A stretch of 64,000 bases of DNA from an uncultured Granulicella sp. (GCA_965198625.1 OZ240667.1:3967669-4031668), one strand, 5' to 3'; positions 1-9,705 are shown, counted from the first letter of the stretch. Notes: generated by a model not told the origin, from the sequence alone. Translations and numbers: made by a program.

Positions 1-11
1 GAGGACGTGCT

Positions 12-548
12 ATGGCAACACACGGATTCGGTGCGCAACTTAGTAATCGAGAGTTTTTCATCAAACGTTGGCAGCAAGAACACTCTGCCTTTGTCAATGT
101 GATCGCGGCATTGCCGATCGATCTTTTGGACTTCCGGCCACATCCTCTTTCGCGTTCAGCGGCACAGCTAGTTGCGCTGCTCATCTCAGCCCAGCGGAGC
201 TGTATTCAACTCTGCGACAACAAAAAGAGCTCATACACTGGGATGCACTGGCAAGAACCAACCACCTTGGATGATCGTTTTCACACTGTGGCAACCTACG
301 AGCGCGACCATAGCGAATTGAGAGCTCAGCTTGGCGCCCTGGACGATGACAGTTGGAATCATCAAGCCTGGTTGATCCAAGGTAAGGACGAAATCCTACT
401 AAGGGATACTTTGGGTGGGCTTCTGTGGATTGCTCTCTTCGATACGATTCATCACCGCGGCCAGTTGACTACCTACATCCGTCCCATGGGTGGTAAGGTC
501 CCGAGCATCTATGGCCCGTCGGCCGACGACCAAAGGGAATGGCACTAA
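12..548 (+). CDS. DinB/YfiT-family protein
   Basis: C-terminal DTIHHRGQLTTYIRPMGGKVPSIYGPSAD motif; GAGGA RBS upstream. Confidence 0.85.
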   Translation: MATHGFGAQLSNREFFIKRWQQEHSAFVNVIAALPIDLLDFRPHPLSRSAAQLVALLISAQRSCIQLCDNKKSSYTGMHWQEPTTLDDRFHTVATYERDHSELRAQLGALDDDSWNHQAWLIQGKDEILLRDTLGGLLWIALFDTIHHRGQLTTYIRPMGGKVPSIYGPSADDQREWH

Positions 549-642
549 TGGCTCGGACGAAAGGTCCATTCTTAGGGTCCGCAGCGTCAACGCGTCGGTC
601 ATAGTCGAACGCACAACGCCAATCGGAGCAGGAGACTTGCAC

Positions 643-2286
643 ATGTCGACCGATAACAACGAGAACCACTCAGTACTCTTTCCTCGCCTTGACGCTCAAA
701 GCCTTCAAACGCTTCAGAGAAAAGGTACTGTGCGAAAGACCACGGTGGGTGAGGTCCTGTTCAACCGGGAAACTCTACAGCATGGGCTCTTCGTGGTGCT
801 GAGCGGCAGTATTGATCTCGTTGGCGTTGCAAACGGGCATGAATCCATTATCAGCGTACTCGCTCAGGGTGAGTTCACCGGCGAGTTGACTCAGCTCTCT
901 GGTCGCAGAAGTCTTGTCTCTTGTCGAGTTTCGACAGCCGGCGAAGTTCTTGAAGTGGATCGCGCATCATTGCGCCACATTATGCAAACGGATGCCGTCG
1001 TCGGCAATCTGCTGCTGAATGCCTTTGTGCAACGAAGAATCTATCTGATTGCGAATGCCGTGGGTGACGCAGTCTTAATCGGCTCAACCCATTCCAGTGA
1101 CACCCTACGCTTGCGCTCGTTCTTGGTACGTAACGGGCACCCCTATACCTATCTGGACATTGATGAAGATCCCGATATTCAAAGCGTTCTAGATCAGTTT
1201 GGTATTGAAGTGCCCGACATTCCGGTTCTGATCTGCAAAGGAGACGTGGTTCTGCGTGCTCCTAGCAATGCCGAAGCAGCCGTATGTTTCGACCTGAACG
1301 CTGGGGTGGACCAAACGGATGTGTTCGATGTGGTCATCGTTGGAGCTGGACCATCTGGATTGGCGGCTGCAGTCTATGGAGCATCCGAAGGGCTCAACGT
1401 ATTAGTTGTTGAGAGCAACGCTCCAGGTGGGCAAGCAGGATCGAGCTCCCGGATTGAGAATTACCTCGGATTCCCCTTCGGGATTTCGGGACAGGAGCTG
1501 GCGGACGCTGCTTACATTCAGGCAGAAAAATTTGGAGCTAGGTTATCCATTGCTCGAAGCGCCTGTACGGTGCAATGCGAGCAGCATCCTTATCGGATAA
1601 AGCTCGATGACGGAACCTTTATCCAGACCCGAACTGTTGTCGTTGCCACCGGATCTCGTTATCGTCGATTGGATATCCCTAGTGTCGCTCGCTTTGATGG
1701 TAATGGAGTCTATTACGGGGCGACACAACTTGAGGCTCCTCTGTGTCAAGGCGAAGCCGTCGTAATTGTCGGAGGCGGAAATTCTGCCGGGCAAGCCGCG
1801 ATCTTCCTTTCGAGTTTCGCGACTAAAGTCTATCTGCTTGTCCGTGGGCCAAATCTCAAGACCAACATGTCCAAATACCTGATCTCAAGAATTGAGGCTT
1901 CGCCAACGATCATCCTTAAGACGCGCACGACTGTAGTGGCTCTGGAAGGTGGAGACAGGTTGGAGGGTATTCGTTGGATGGATCACTTGACAGGCGAATC
2001 GGAAGACCATGAGGTCCGGCGCCTGTTCATGATGGCTGGGGCCGATCCAAACACAAGCTGGGTAAGCGGCTGCCTTTCCTTGGACACCAAGGGATTCATA
2101 AAGACGGGTACGAGCGTGCTTGCAGACTGGAGTCTCCAGCGTGCTCCCTATCCTCTAGAGACAAATGTGCCAGGAGTGTTCGCTGTAGGAGACGTGAGGG
2201 CTGAAAGCGTAAAGAGGGTAGCGTCGGCCGTGGGAGAAGGTTCCATGTGTATCCAGTTCGTTCATCGTGCACTGGCGAATCAATGA
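643..2286 (+). CDS. cNMP-binding-domain / thioredoxin-reductase-like FAD oxidoreductase fusion
   Basis: cNMP domain (GEFTGE), GAGPSG FAD motif, SSRIENYLGFP, GGGNSAGQAA NADPH motif, GVFAVGD; ATG at 643 follows GGAGA. Confidence 0.9.
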   Translation: MSTDNNENHSVLFPRLDAQSLQTLQRKGTVRKTTVGEVLFNRETLQHGLFVVLSGSIDLVGVANGHESIISVLAQGEFTGELTQLSGRRSLVSCRVSTAGEVLEVDRASLRHIMQTDAVVGNLLLNAFVQRRIYLIANAVGDAVLIGSTHSSDTLRLRSFLVRNGHPYTYLDIDEDPDIQSVLDQFGIEVPDIPVLICKGDVVLRAPSNAEAAVCFDLNAGVDQTDVFDVVIVGAGPSGLAAAVYGASEGLNVLVVESNAPGGQAGSSSRIENYLGFPFGISGQELADAAYIQAEKFGARLSIARSACTVQCEQHPYRIKLDDGTFIQTRTVVVATGSRYRRLDIPSVARFDGNGVYYGATQLEAPLCQGEAVVIVGGGNSAGQAAIFLSSFATKVYLLVRGPNLKTNMSKYLISRIEASPTIILKTRTTVVALEGGDRLEGIRWMDHLTGESEDHEVRRLFMMAGADPNTSWVSGCLSLDTKGFIKTGTSVLADWSLQRAPYPLETNVPGVFAVGDVRAESVKRVASAVGEGSMCIQFVHRALANQ

Positions 2287-2396
2287 TCGCAAACCAGACA
2301 GACAGAGAGCAATTTCTTTTGACAAACGCTGGCGGCTTCCGCAAAGACTTCCCCCTCGAAGAGATCCTATCGTTGGAATCAGCTTCCGGAGAAATC

Positions 2397-2939
2397 ATGA
2401 CCTTCACTGACACAATCACTCTACGAAACGCCGAGTTTGCCCAGGAACGGTATTCGTCTGATCTAAAAATTATCCCCTCAGCGAAGACCATCATCATCGG
2501 GTGCCTCGATCCCAGGGTCGATCCGGTAGACGTCCTCGGATTGAAGTCCGGGGAAGCGGCCATTTACAGGAATCTTGGCGGCAGGATCAATCCTGCCCTC
2601 GTCGAAGCCATGGTCTTGCTCCCGGTCGTGACCAGAGCCGCAGGCCAAGAGATGGGCGTAGGGTGGGACCTCATCATTCTCCACCATACCGAGTGCGGCA
2701 TCATCGGCTGTTATAAACACGCGCCTGATCTGCTCGCAGTCCATCTGGGTGTTAGCAGGCCCCAACTCGATCTGATGGCGATCGCCGACCCGCGCAAAGC
2801 TGTGGCCATGGATGTTGAAGCCTATAGGAGCAATGAAGACATCCCTGGTGGATTCATGATCTCTGGGCTTGTCTACGACGTTGCAACAGGGTTGATCGAA
2901 GTCGTCGTGCCTCCAAGCCGACTCCGCTTGGGTGCGTAG
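2397..2939 (+). CDS. Beta-class carbonic anhydrase
   Basis: CLDPR, RNLGG and HHTECG zinc motifs; start chosen after GGAGA (alternative ATG 2283 overlaps the upstream stop). Confidence 0.85.
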   Translation: MTFTDTITLRNAEFAQERYSSDLKIIPSAKTIIIGCLDPRVDPVDVLGLKSGEAAIYRNLGGRINPALVEAMVLLPVVTRAAGQEMGVGWDLIILHHTECGIIGCYKHAPDLLAVHLGVSRPQLDLMAIADPRKAVAMDVEAYRSNEDIPGGFMISGLVYDVATGLIEVVVPPSRLRLGA

Positions 2940-3041
2940 GGTCAAGCCCGCGCCGATCGGATTCGACCTTCGCCCTCCTTCCAAACCGTAAATCAGCAAC
3001 ACAGAAGCGATTCTGATTCCCAAGATCGAGTGAGACGAGCC

Positions 3042-3953
3042 ATGAATTCTGATCAGGTGAGCAAGCGTAGTACAGCATCTGACGAGGACACAAAGCTGAT
3101 CCTGGTCACCGGGGCAACAGGCGACACTGGACGGCCAACGGTAAAGCTCCTGCTAGAGAGAGGTCACCGAGTAAGAGCATTGGCGCGCAAACAAGATGCG
3201 CGCTCCAGAGCACTTCAGGAGCTTGGCGCCGACGTTGTCTTTGGCGACATGTTGATGATTGGGGACATTAGGGCGGCGCTGAAGGGTGTCAGGAGTGCCT
3301 ATTTCGTCTATCCTCTGGCGCACGGACAAGTTGAAGCCTCGGTAATCTTTGCCAAAGCTGCGGAAGAAGAAGGACTGGAACTTGTCGTAAACATGTCCCA
3401 TAAGCAATCTCGGCCTTTCGCGAGAAGCCAAGCAACGATGGCACATTGGCTTTCGGAGCAAGTTTTTGACTGGTCAGGAATACCCGTAACTCACCTCCGG
3501 ATTACGTTCTTCGCCGAATGGATACTTTACATCTCCGCCCTTATCCGCAATGGGCGTTATGTCGTTCCGTTCGATGGGGAAAGCCGGTTTGCTCCCATCG
3601 CGTCAAGCGATATTGCGCGGATCGTGGTCGGTCTACTTGAGAATCCAGCGAAACACGTCGGGCAGGCCCTATCCCTACACGGGCCCGTTGAATATAGCCA
3701 TGTCGAGCTTGCGGCCCTTATCGCGCGGGTCCTCGGAAAAGACGTTCGATTCGAACAAGTGTCTACTCCCGAGTTCCTTGAGTTGCTTGGCATTCCGAAC
3801 GACACCGCAAAGGGAGCGCACTTCGAGGCGGTGAAGATTGATCAGCAGGAGGGACTTCTCAGCGGGACCGACAGCCTAGGATCGGAGATCGCCGGCGGCC
3901 CACTCATGACAATGGAAGAGTTCGTTGCAAACCATCGTGCGCAGCTGACGTGA
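3042..3953 (+). CDS. NmrA-family NAD(P)-binding protein
   Basis: LVTGATGDTG Rossmann motif and atypical SDR layout. Confidence 0.85.
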   Translation: MNSDQVSKRSTASDEDTKLILVTGATGDTGRPTVKLLLERGHRVRALARKQDARSRALQELGADVVFGDMLMIGDIRAALKGVRSAYFVYPLAHGQVEASVIFAKAAEEEGLELVVNMSHKQSRPFARSQATMAHWLSEQVFDWSGIPVTHLRITFFAEWILYISALIRNGRYVVPFDGESRFAPIASSDIARIVVGLLENPAKHVGQALSLHGPVEYSHVELAALIARVLGKDVRFEQVSTPEFLELLGIPNDTAKGAHFEAVKIDQQEGLLSGTDSLGSEIAGGPLMTMEEFVANHRAQLT

Positions 3954-4087
3954 ACTGCGCAGATTCTGACGCATACCGCAGACCGCCAGCGCTCGATAGC
4001 AGTGCCTTCTCGTTTTGCCTGATCCAGCAATCGTGCTATGAGCATTCCACTTGTTCAAAGTCTTGATCGCTTTTAGCGGAGACGTAC

Positions 4088-5713
4088 ATGGTGACTGAGA
4101 TCGCAGATAGCACCGCAAGGATCGATCTAGGTCATCAGGTCTCCACCGGCATCAACCCTTGGGTGGTTGCACTGACAGTAACGCTTGCTACGTTTATGGA
4201 ACTCCTGGATACGTCCATAGCGAACGTTTCCTTGCCATATATCGCTGGCGGTCTCGGTCGCTCCTTCGATGAGGTGACATGGATATTGACCACGTATCTA
4301 GTTGCGAATGCAGTAGTCCTCCCGATGTCAGCTTGGCTTTCGCGCGTATTCGGTCGGAAGAACTACTACATGGCATGCGTATTTCTCTTCACCGTGACTT
4401 CCTTTCTGTGTGGGATCGCCCCAAGTCTCCAGGTGATCCTTATCGCGCGTGTGCTCCAAGGCATTGGTGGAGGGGGCCTCGCCCCTGTCGAGCAGGCCAT
4501 CCTAGTCGACGCATTTGAGCCTTCTAAGCGGGCTTCGGCGTTTGCGCTTTACACCGTAGCAATCGTGACAGCACCAGCAATAGGACCGGTGTTGGGGGGA
4601 TACATCACTGACAACTTCAGTTGGCGTTGGGTGTTCTTTATCAACATTCCAGTCGGCATCTTGTCGCTCATTTTGACGAACCGATTCGTACGTGATCCGC
4701 CGGCCTTCATCAAAGAGCGCGCTTCGGTTCGCGTCAATGGAAAGCTGCGGGTGGACGGGATCGGGATTGCTCTGGTCGGCATCGGTTCTGCTGCTCTGGA
4801 AGTTTTGTTAGACCGCGGGCAGATTGACGATTGGTTCGGCTCAACGACCATACGCTGCTGTTCCGTTATAGCGGTCGTATGTCTCAGTGCCGCTGTGTAT
4901 TGGGAACTGCACACTCCGGAACCTATCATCAACCTAAGACTCTTGAAGGTCCGGAACTTTGCAATCGCTAACGTCTTCTACTTCGTCTTCGGCGTAGGGT
5001 TGTTCGCTTCCACCACGATGATTCCTCAAATCCTGCAGTCTCTTTTCGGATATCGAGCGATCGACGCCGGACTTGTTCTGGCGCCTGGGGCGGTGGTCAT
5101 CACGTTGTTGGCTCCCCTAGGCGCTCAATTGGTTCAGCGTAAGATCATCCAACCCCGAATCTTGTTGTTTGGCGCTGTGATGGTTGTCGGTATCTCGTTC
5201 CTGCATTACAGCCGCATGACCCTCGATACCGACTTCCAACATTGGGCGCTTGCAAGGTCGCTCCAGGGTCTCGGCTACGCCTTCTTCTTTGTTCCTCTTT
5301 CGGTTCTCGCCTACTCACAACTCGCGCCCGAAGACAACAACAAGGCATCTTCCCTCACTAATTTCTTCCGGAATTGGGGAGGCAGCTTTGGAATTGCACT
5401 GGTCACGATCATGAGCGACAGACGGGCTAGCTTTCATCAGTCAATTGTCGGTGCAAATCAGACCGCATCGACAATTCCGTTGCAAACCTCGGTGAATCAG
5501 ATATCTGCTTATCTCCAAATACACGGGCTGTCCCATGCGGACGCTATCCATGCTGCCACCGGTCGCATTTACGAACAGCTCCAAGTCCAGACCAGATTCC
5601 TGGCTTTCATGGACTGCTTTTACATTTTGGGCGTTGGAACGTTGATTGCTGCACCTCTCGTTTTGCTGACAAAGGGATTCCAGATCGGCGCAAAAGCGCC
5701 TGGCGGACACTAG
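4088..5713 (+). CDS. DHA2 (EmrB/QacA-type) MFS efflux permease
   Basis: FMELLDTSIANVSLP, WILTTYLVANA, APAIGPVLGG, WRWVFFINIPVG; many hydrophobic segments. Confidence 0.92.
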   Translation: MVTEIADSTARIDLGHQVSTGINPWVVALTVTLATFMELLDTSIANVSLPYIAGGLGRSFDEVTWILTTYLVANAVVLPMSAWLSRVFGRKNYYMACVFLFTVTSFLCGIAPSLQVILIARVLQGIGGGGLAPVEQAILVDAFEPSKRASAFALYTVAIVTAPAIGPVLGGYITDNFSWRWVFFINIPVGILSLILTNRFVRDPPAFIKERASVRVNGKLRVDGIGIALVGIGSAALEVLLDRGQIDDWFGSTTIRCCSVIAVVCLSAAVYWELHTPEPIINLRLLKVRNFAIANVFYFVFGVGLFASTTMIPQILQSLFGYRAIDAGLVLAPGAVVITLLAPLGAQLVQRKIIQPRILLFGAVMVVGISFLHYSRMTLDTDFQHWALARSLQGLGYAFFFVPLSVLAYSQLAPEDNNKASSLTNFFRNWGGSFGIALVTIMSDRRASFHQSIVGANQTASTIPLQTSVNQISAYLQIHGLSHADAIHAATGRIYEQLQVQTRFLAFMDCFYILGVGTLIAAPLVLLTKGFQIGAKAPGGH

Positions 5714-5771
5714 CAGTGTGCATTTGACTTGGCGCGCCGGAAGCTAGAAAACACGCTATTGAAAGGGAAGA

Positions 5772-6743
5772 ATGCTTGGTCTTCGTTTGTTTGCTGGTCT
5801 TTTTGCAGTCTCACTGATTCGGGGTGTCGCCGGTAAACAGGAGCCGCATACCAAGGAAGAAAGTGTTCCCTTTGTGATCCGGGACATCTCCGGCCCACGC
5901 CCGTTCGTCATAGCTCAACTGAACGGCAAGCCCTTCGAGATGATGGTCCACAGCGGTGCCAGCTTTTACGCCCAGACGGATCACGCCCGTGCGAAGTCCA
6001 TTGGAATCACCCCCGCGACCAGCGACAGCAATTATGGCATTAGCGCAGTGGGACACGTGAGCTCTCTTGGGAAGGGTCAAGCTGTATTGGACTCGCTGGT
6101 GGTGGGAGCATCCGTTTCAAGCCGGGTGCCAATCTCAATCTTCGAAGTGCCCGTTCCCTCGATGGAGGGCATGCTTGGAAGAAAGTGGCTCATCGAGAAC
6201 TCAGTGATAGTGGATTTCGAAACCCGTCGCTTAATCTTCCCTTCGTCACATGACTCTGCACTTGGGCAAGACGCATTTCTTGTAGCTCATGGGTACTCTC
6301 CGCATCGGATGATGGAGGGAGCGGAATCTGGTGGCCGTTCCTTGGTATCCGTATCTGTGAACGGTACGGTCGGCCTCTTTCTGGTAAGCACTGTCGCTAA
6401 CACTGTTGTCGACGTCCGGTTTGCCAACCGTGCCGGGATAGCGCATTCCGCCACCGGAGAAGCATTCGGTGGACCAACGGGAACAACCGGCGCCACCGAC
6501 CGAAGCAAAAGGGCGCTGAGTTTTTTGCTCGACGGACAAGTCATGAGGAAGGTGACGCCTGAGGTTTTCGATACATTCGCTTACGATGGGCAAGGTCGAT
6601 CAAAATCTGTAGCGGGCCAGACAGTGGGTTCCTTGGGAGCTGACTTCATGCTGGCGAACCATGCGGTAATTGATTTCGCAACCGGGACGCTTCTGGTCCG
6701 GCGTCGCATCAAATCGGTCTTGCGCGCGGAGAGAGACTTTTAA
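5772..6743 (+). CDS. Secreted tandem retropepsin-like (aspartyl-protease fold) protein with substituted catalytic motifs
   Basis: Signal peptide; two repeats of xNG...(DTG position)...GxLG...hDF, with HSG and STV in place of DTG. Confidence 0.65.
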   Translation: MLGLRLFAGLFAVSLIRGVAGKQEPHTKEESVPFVIRDISGPRPFVIAQLNGKPFEMMVHSGASFYAQTDHARAKSIGITPATSDSNYGISAVGHVSSLGKGQAVLDSLVVGASVSSRVPISIFEVPVPSMEGMLGRKWLIENSVIVDFETRRLIFPSSHDSALGQDAFLVAHGYSPHRMMEGAESGGRSLVSVSVNGTVGLFLVSTVANTVVDVRFANRAGIAHSATGEAFGGPTGTTGATDRSKRALSFLLDGQVMRKVTPEVFDTFAYDGQGRSKSVAGQTVGSLGADFMLANHAVIDFATGTLLVRRRIKSVLRAERDF

Positions 6744-6812
6744 TCGACGACCGCATCGGCCTGGAACTTATCCATCCAAACGGGGAAGCAAGCCAGCTCT
6801 TCGGTAGGGAAG

Positions 6813-7451
6813 TTACTTCTCACAAGCCGGCGCAATGCGCTCGTAGAACTGGCTGCCAATCTGGCGGTCGAGCTGCCGAACGGATCATCCGGAGCGCAAC
6901 GCTTCGGCTTCGTAGAATTGGCGAGCCTCTTGGTTTCTCACCGAGAGCAGTCGTACATAGGCGCACCATGGTAACGGGAAGCGGTTCGCGACGGCGGTGA
7001 AGTCCGATATGGTCGATCCCGCGGCAGGGTGAGCAAATTGTCCAGACGGTGTCTGGAGAATGTTCCTCTCGGGCCAGGTTCGATAAAAACCGCTCATCTG
7101 CCAGAGATTGGCTCTGCCGAACCCGCGTCCGAAACGCCGCGTGAGGTCCTTGGCGAGTTGCTCCACCAGCTTCTCACCGTATTCCGCCCAGTTCTCTCCT
7201 CGCATCTCAGATTCAACGATGCGCCTTCCGATTTCCCAATACGTCGCGGTCATGACCGCGTTAATGCTGCGCGCTGACGCGACACGAGCGGCTTGCAACA
7301 AATCGACGATGCCGTTGCGAACATAGGCGTAGTCCGCATCTGGTCTGTCCAGCTTCTGCTCAGCCCTATCCAGGTCCATCCCAATCCATTTCATTGATTG
7401 CACTCCGCTGGTTTCGCCAACCAGGGGAGACGTGCCGACTGCGCTAAACAA
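6813..7451 (-). pseudogene. DUF1016/YhcG N-terminal fragment
   Basis: YWEIGRRIVE..YGEKL..LTRRFGRGF motif; TGA at 6885-6887 replaces W in G-W-SVRQLDRQIGSQFYER; similarity ends shortly after and the nuclease domain is absent. Confidence 0.85.
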
Positions 7452-7458
7452 AAGTAGT

Positions 7459-7489
7459 GGTGAGCTGGTCCGCTACGACCCAGCTCACC
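7459..7489. repeat. 10-bp inverted repeat hairpin
   Basis: GGTGAGCTGG...CCAGCTCACC. Confidence 0.6.
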
Positions 7490-7605
7490 CGCCCTAAAAG
7501 TTTGTGTCAAAGGCCGCCGATTAGGTCCGTTTTGCCGGTTCTTTCGGTTGCTAACTACTTACTGTCGATAACTTAGCGTTTTGCAAGTTCCATGGCATGG
7601 AGGCG

Positions 7606-8847
7606 TCAAGCCCACAGGCAAGATATAGGAGCGGCGAATAGGCGGTCCCCGAAAGGGACCACCTTCGTTCCGTCGTACATTACGATTCCAACTTTCAGGT
7701 CATCACCACAAATGTCCAACAGCTTCCTGATCCCTTTGAAGTCGCTCGCATGGACGGTTGCGCTTGCTTTGACCTCAACACCGACTAGTGCGCCGTGTTC
7801 ATCCTCTACGACGATGTCAATCTCATCCTGATCCTTATCCCGATAGTGATGGAGCGTATAGCCTTCGTCGGACCATGTGATCTGCTTCATGACTTCGGCA
7901 AATACAAATGTTTCCAGCAACGCACCAAACGTGGAGCGGTCCTTTGCTATCTGCGCAGTAGTCAATGCCAGCAAGGTGGCGAGCAACCCCGAGTCGACGA
8001 AATGTAGTTTTGGGGTCTTGATCAGTCGCTTCAGTTCATTGCGGAACCACGGGGATACCCGCTGCACGAGAAAGAGCTGTTCAAGGATGCCGGTGTATTT
8101 TCTTGTCGTCTTGTCGTCCATCCCGATCTGTCCGCCGATTTGAGTGAAGTTGGTAAGTTGCCCGGACTGGTGGGCGAGTGCCTGGAGTAACCGCGGCAAC
8201 TGATCCAGCTTCTCTACTTCCGCGATATCCCGCACATCCCTCTGTACGATCGCCTTCACATAGTCGCGCGCCCAAGCCTGACGTCGCCGGGAGTCTTCTC
8301 TTCGCAGCATCTCAGGGTAGCCGCCTACCAGCACCGCATGGACAAGCTGATCGCCCTCGATGTCCGGCCCCGGCTTCACCAACTTGCCATCGAATGCCAT
8401 CTTCAGAAAGGTGGGCTCTTTGCCGAGTATTTCGGCTCTGGAAATCGGCATCAGATTTACGATTTCCATGCGGCCTGCAAGGCTCTCGGACACCTGAGGA
8501 AGAGTGAGAATGTTGGCAGATCCCGTTAGCAGGAAACGGCCTGCCCTGCGGTCGTTATCAACGGATCGTTTTATGGCTCTCAGAAGTTCCGGGGCTCTTT
8601 GCACTTCGTCGACGGTTACCAGATCGAATCCACGCACAAAGCCAGCGGGGTCGTTGCGAGCGGCTTCAAGCACCGTGTCGTCATCCAAAGTCACATACTC
8701 GCGGTTCTTATCGGCGAACTGTTGGACAAGCGTCGTCTTGCCGCACTGTCGTGGTCCTATCAGCATGACCACGGGAGTGTCAGTAAGGGCGGTGGCCACG
8801 CGTCGGGCTGCGAATCTCTGTACGAACTGGAAATTGGCGTCGGCCAT
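7606..8847 (-). CDS. AAA+ ATPase with DUF4143 C-terminal domain
   Basis: GPRQCGKTT Walker A, VDEVQR, LTGSA, ESLAGR, GGYPE, KLHFVDSGL, EIDIV..VEVK. Confidence 0.92.
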   Translation of the reverse strand: MADANFQFVQRFAARRVATALTDTPVVMLIGPRQCGKTTLVQQFADKNREYVTLDDDTVLEAARNDPAGFVRGFDLVTVDEVQRAPELLRAIKRSVDNDRRAGRFLLTGSANILTLPQVSESLAGRMEIVNLMPISRAEILGKEPTFLKMAFDGKLVKPGPDIEGDQLVHAVLVGGYPEMLRREDSRRRQAWARDYVKAIVQRDVRDIAEVEKLDQLPRLLQALAHQSGQLTNFTQIGGQIGMDDKTTRKYTGILEQLFLVQRVSPWFRNELKRLIKTPKLHFVDSGLLATLLALTTAQIAKDRSTFGALLETFVFAEVMKQITWSDEGYTLHHYRDKDQDEIDIVVEDEHGALVGVEVKASATVHASDFKGIRKLLDICGDDLKVGIVMYDGTKVVPFGDRLFAAPISCLWA

Positions 8848-9157
8848 CTCGGATTATTGTATCGTCTAATCCGGATCTAATTCCCGTCCGATTCGGATTA
8901 AGGACCCGGCCAAACCGGAAGGGTTGAAAGGCTGCCGCCCCAACCCCGGCAACCAATCTTTACAAATTCTACGGGGATTTTGCCTTGATCCAGAACTACG
9001 GCACCCCCCTAAATACTGGACCGACGTACAAATAGCGTACACATAAGAAGCGAAATGAGCCCAAATGGTCCCATTCAAGCCCAAAGCCATTTCCCGTAAA
9101 ACCCATCCCTTCAACAACTTCCATTGATTCCAAACCGCTTAGCATACTTGGAAGGCA

Positions 9158-9205
9158 GCCCTGAAAAGGCCGGCGTCGGCGGTTCGATCCCGTCTCTGGC
9201 CACCA
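9158..9205 (+). mobile_element. att site: 3' part of tRNA-Phe(GAA), from anticodon arm to CCA
   Basis: GCC-CTGAAAA-GGC anticodon arm, GGCGGTTCGATCCCGTC T-arm, TGGCCACCA end; no D-arm or 5' acceptor strand upstream. Confidence 0.85.
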
Positions 9206-9705
9206 CACCCCAAGAACCGACTGCATGATCCGGTGGATCCGGGTGGCCCAGCGAACCCATGCGCCGGCTTTCCTGCGCCCGCCTTGACGAGCCCCCCACC
9301 GGGTTCGACGATCCGGGCACAGTCCAAGCTGCCGCCGCGGCCTGGAACTAGACCGTCGCGTGCGTCGCACCGGTGCTGATGCGGCCATCGACTAGCAGCG
9401 TCTGTCCAGTAAGGTACTCGCCGGCCCGGACGCCATTCGGATCCACTCCCTCAATCCTCACGTAGCGTTAAGATCAACCCTGATGGCATCAGCGGACGCA
9501 ACTCAGCCTGGACCGGTGGGATGCGCGACCCGCCGAAGCTTGCGCATACGTTCTCACCTACCAGCGCTATCGAATCGATGTCCTCGGCTTCCCCGAGGCC
9601 TGGGCGTCTGTCTGATCTTCATCGCCGGCAACCGGCTGCTCGCGCACTGGAGCTGATCGTCCACTTTGGAATAACCTCGTAACGAACTTGCAAGGGAGTG
9701 ACAGC

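Larger units (their letters stand above)
1..9205. mobile_element. Right end of a genomic island integrated at tRNA-Phe (integrase and intact tRNA lie outside the window)
   Basis: Visibly lower GC and unskewed codon usage versus downstream DNA; island-type genes (DUF1016 relic, AAA-DUF4143); ends in a tRNA-Phe 3' fragment. Confidence 0.75.

Noticed and set aside
9130-9205. Complete tRNA-Phe gene
   Set aside because: No 5' acceptor strand or D-arm; treated as an att remnant.
9286-9312. GGGTTCGAC as a second tRNA T-arm
   Set aside because: No proper T-stem, acceptor end or CCA on either strand.
8996-9388. Minus-strand ORFs such as VVARDGIEPPTPAFSG
   Set aside because: Antisense translation of the tRNA fragment.
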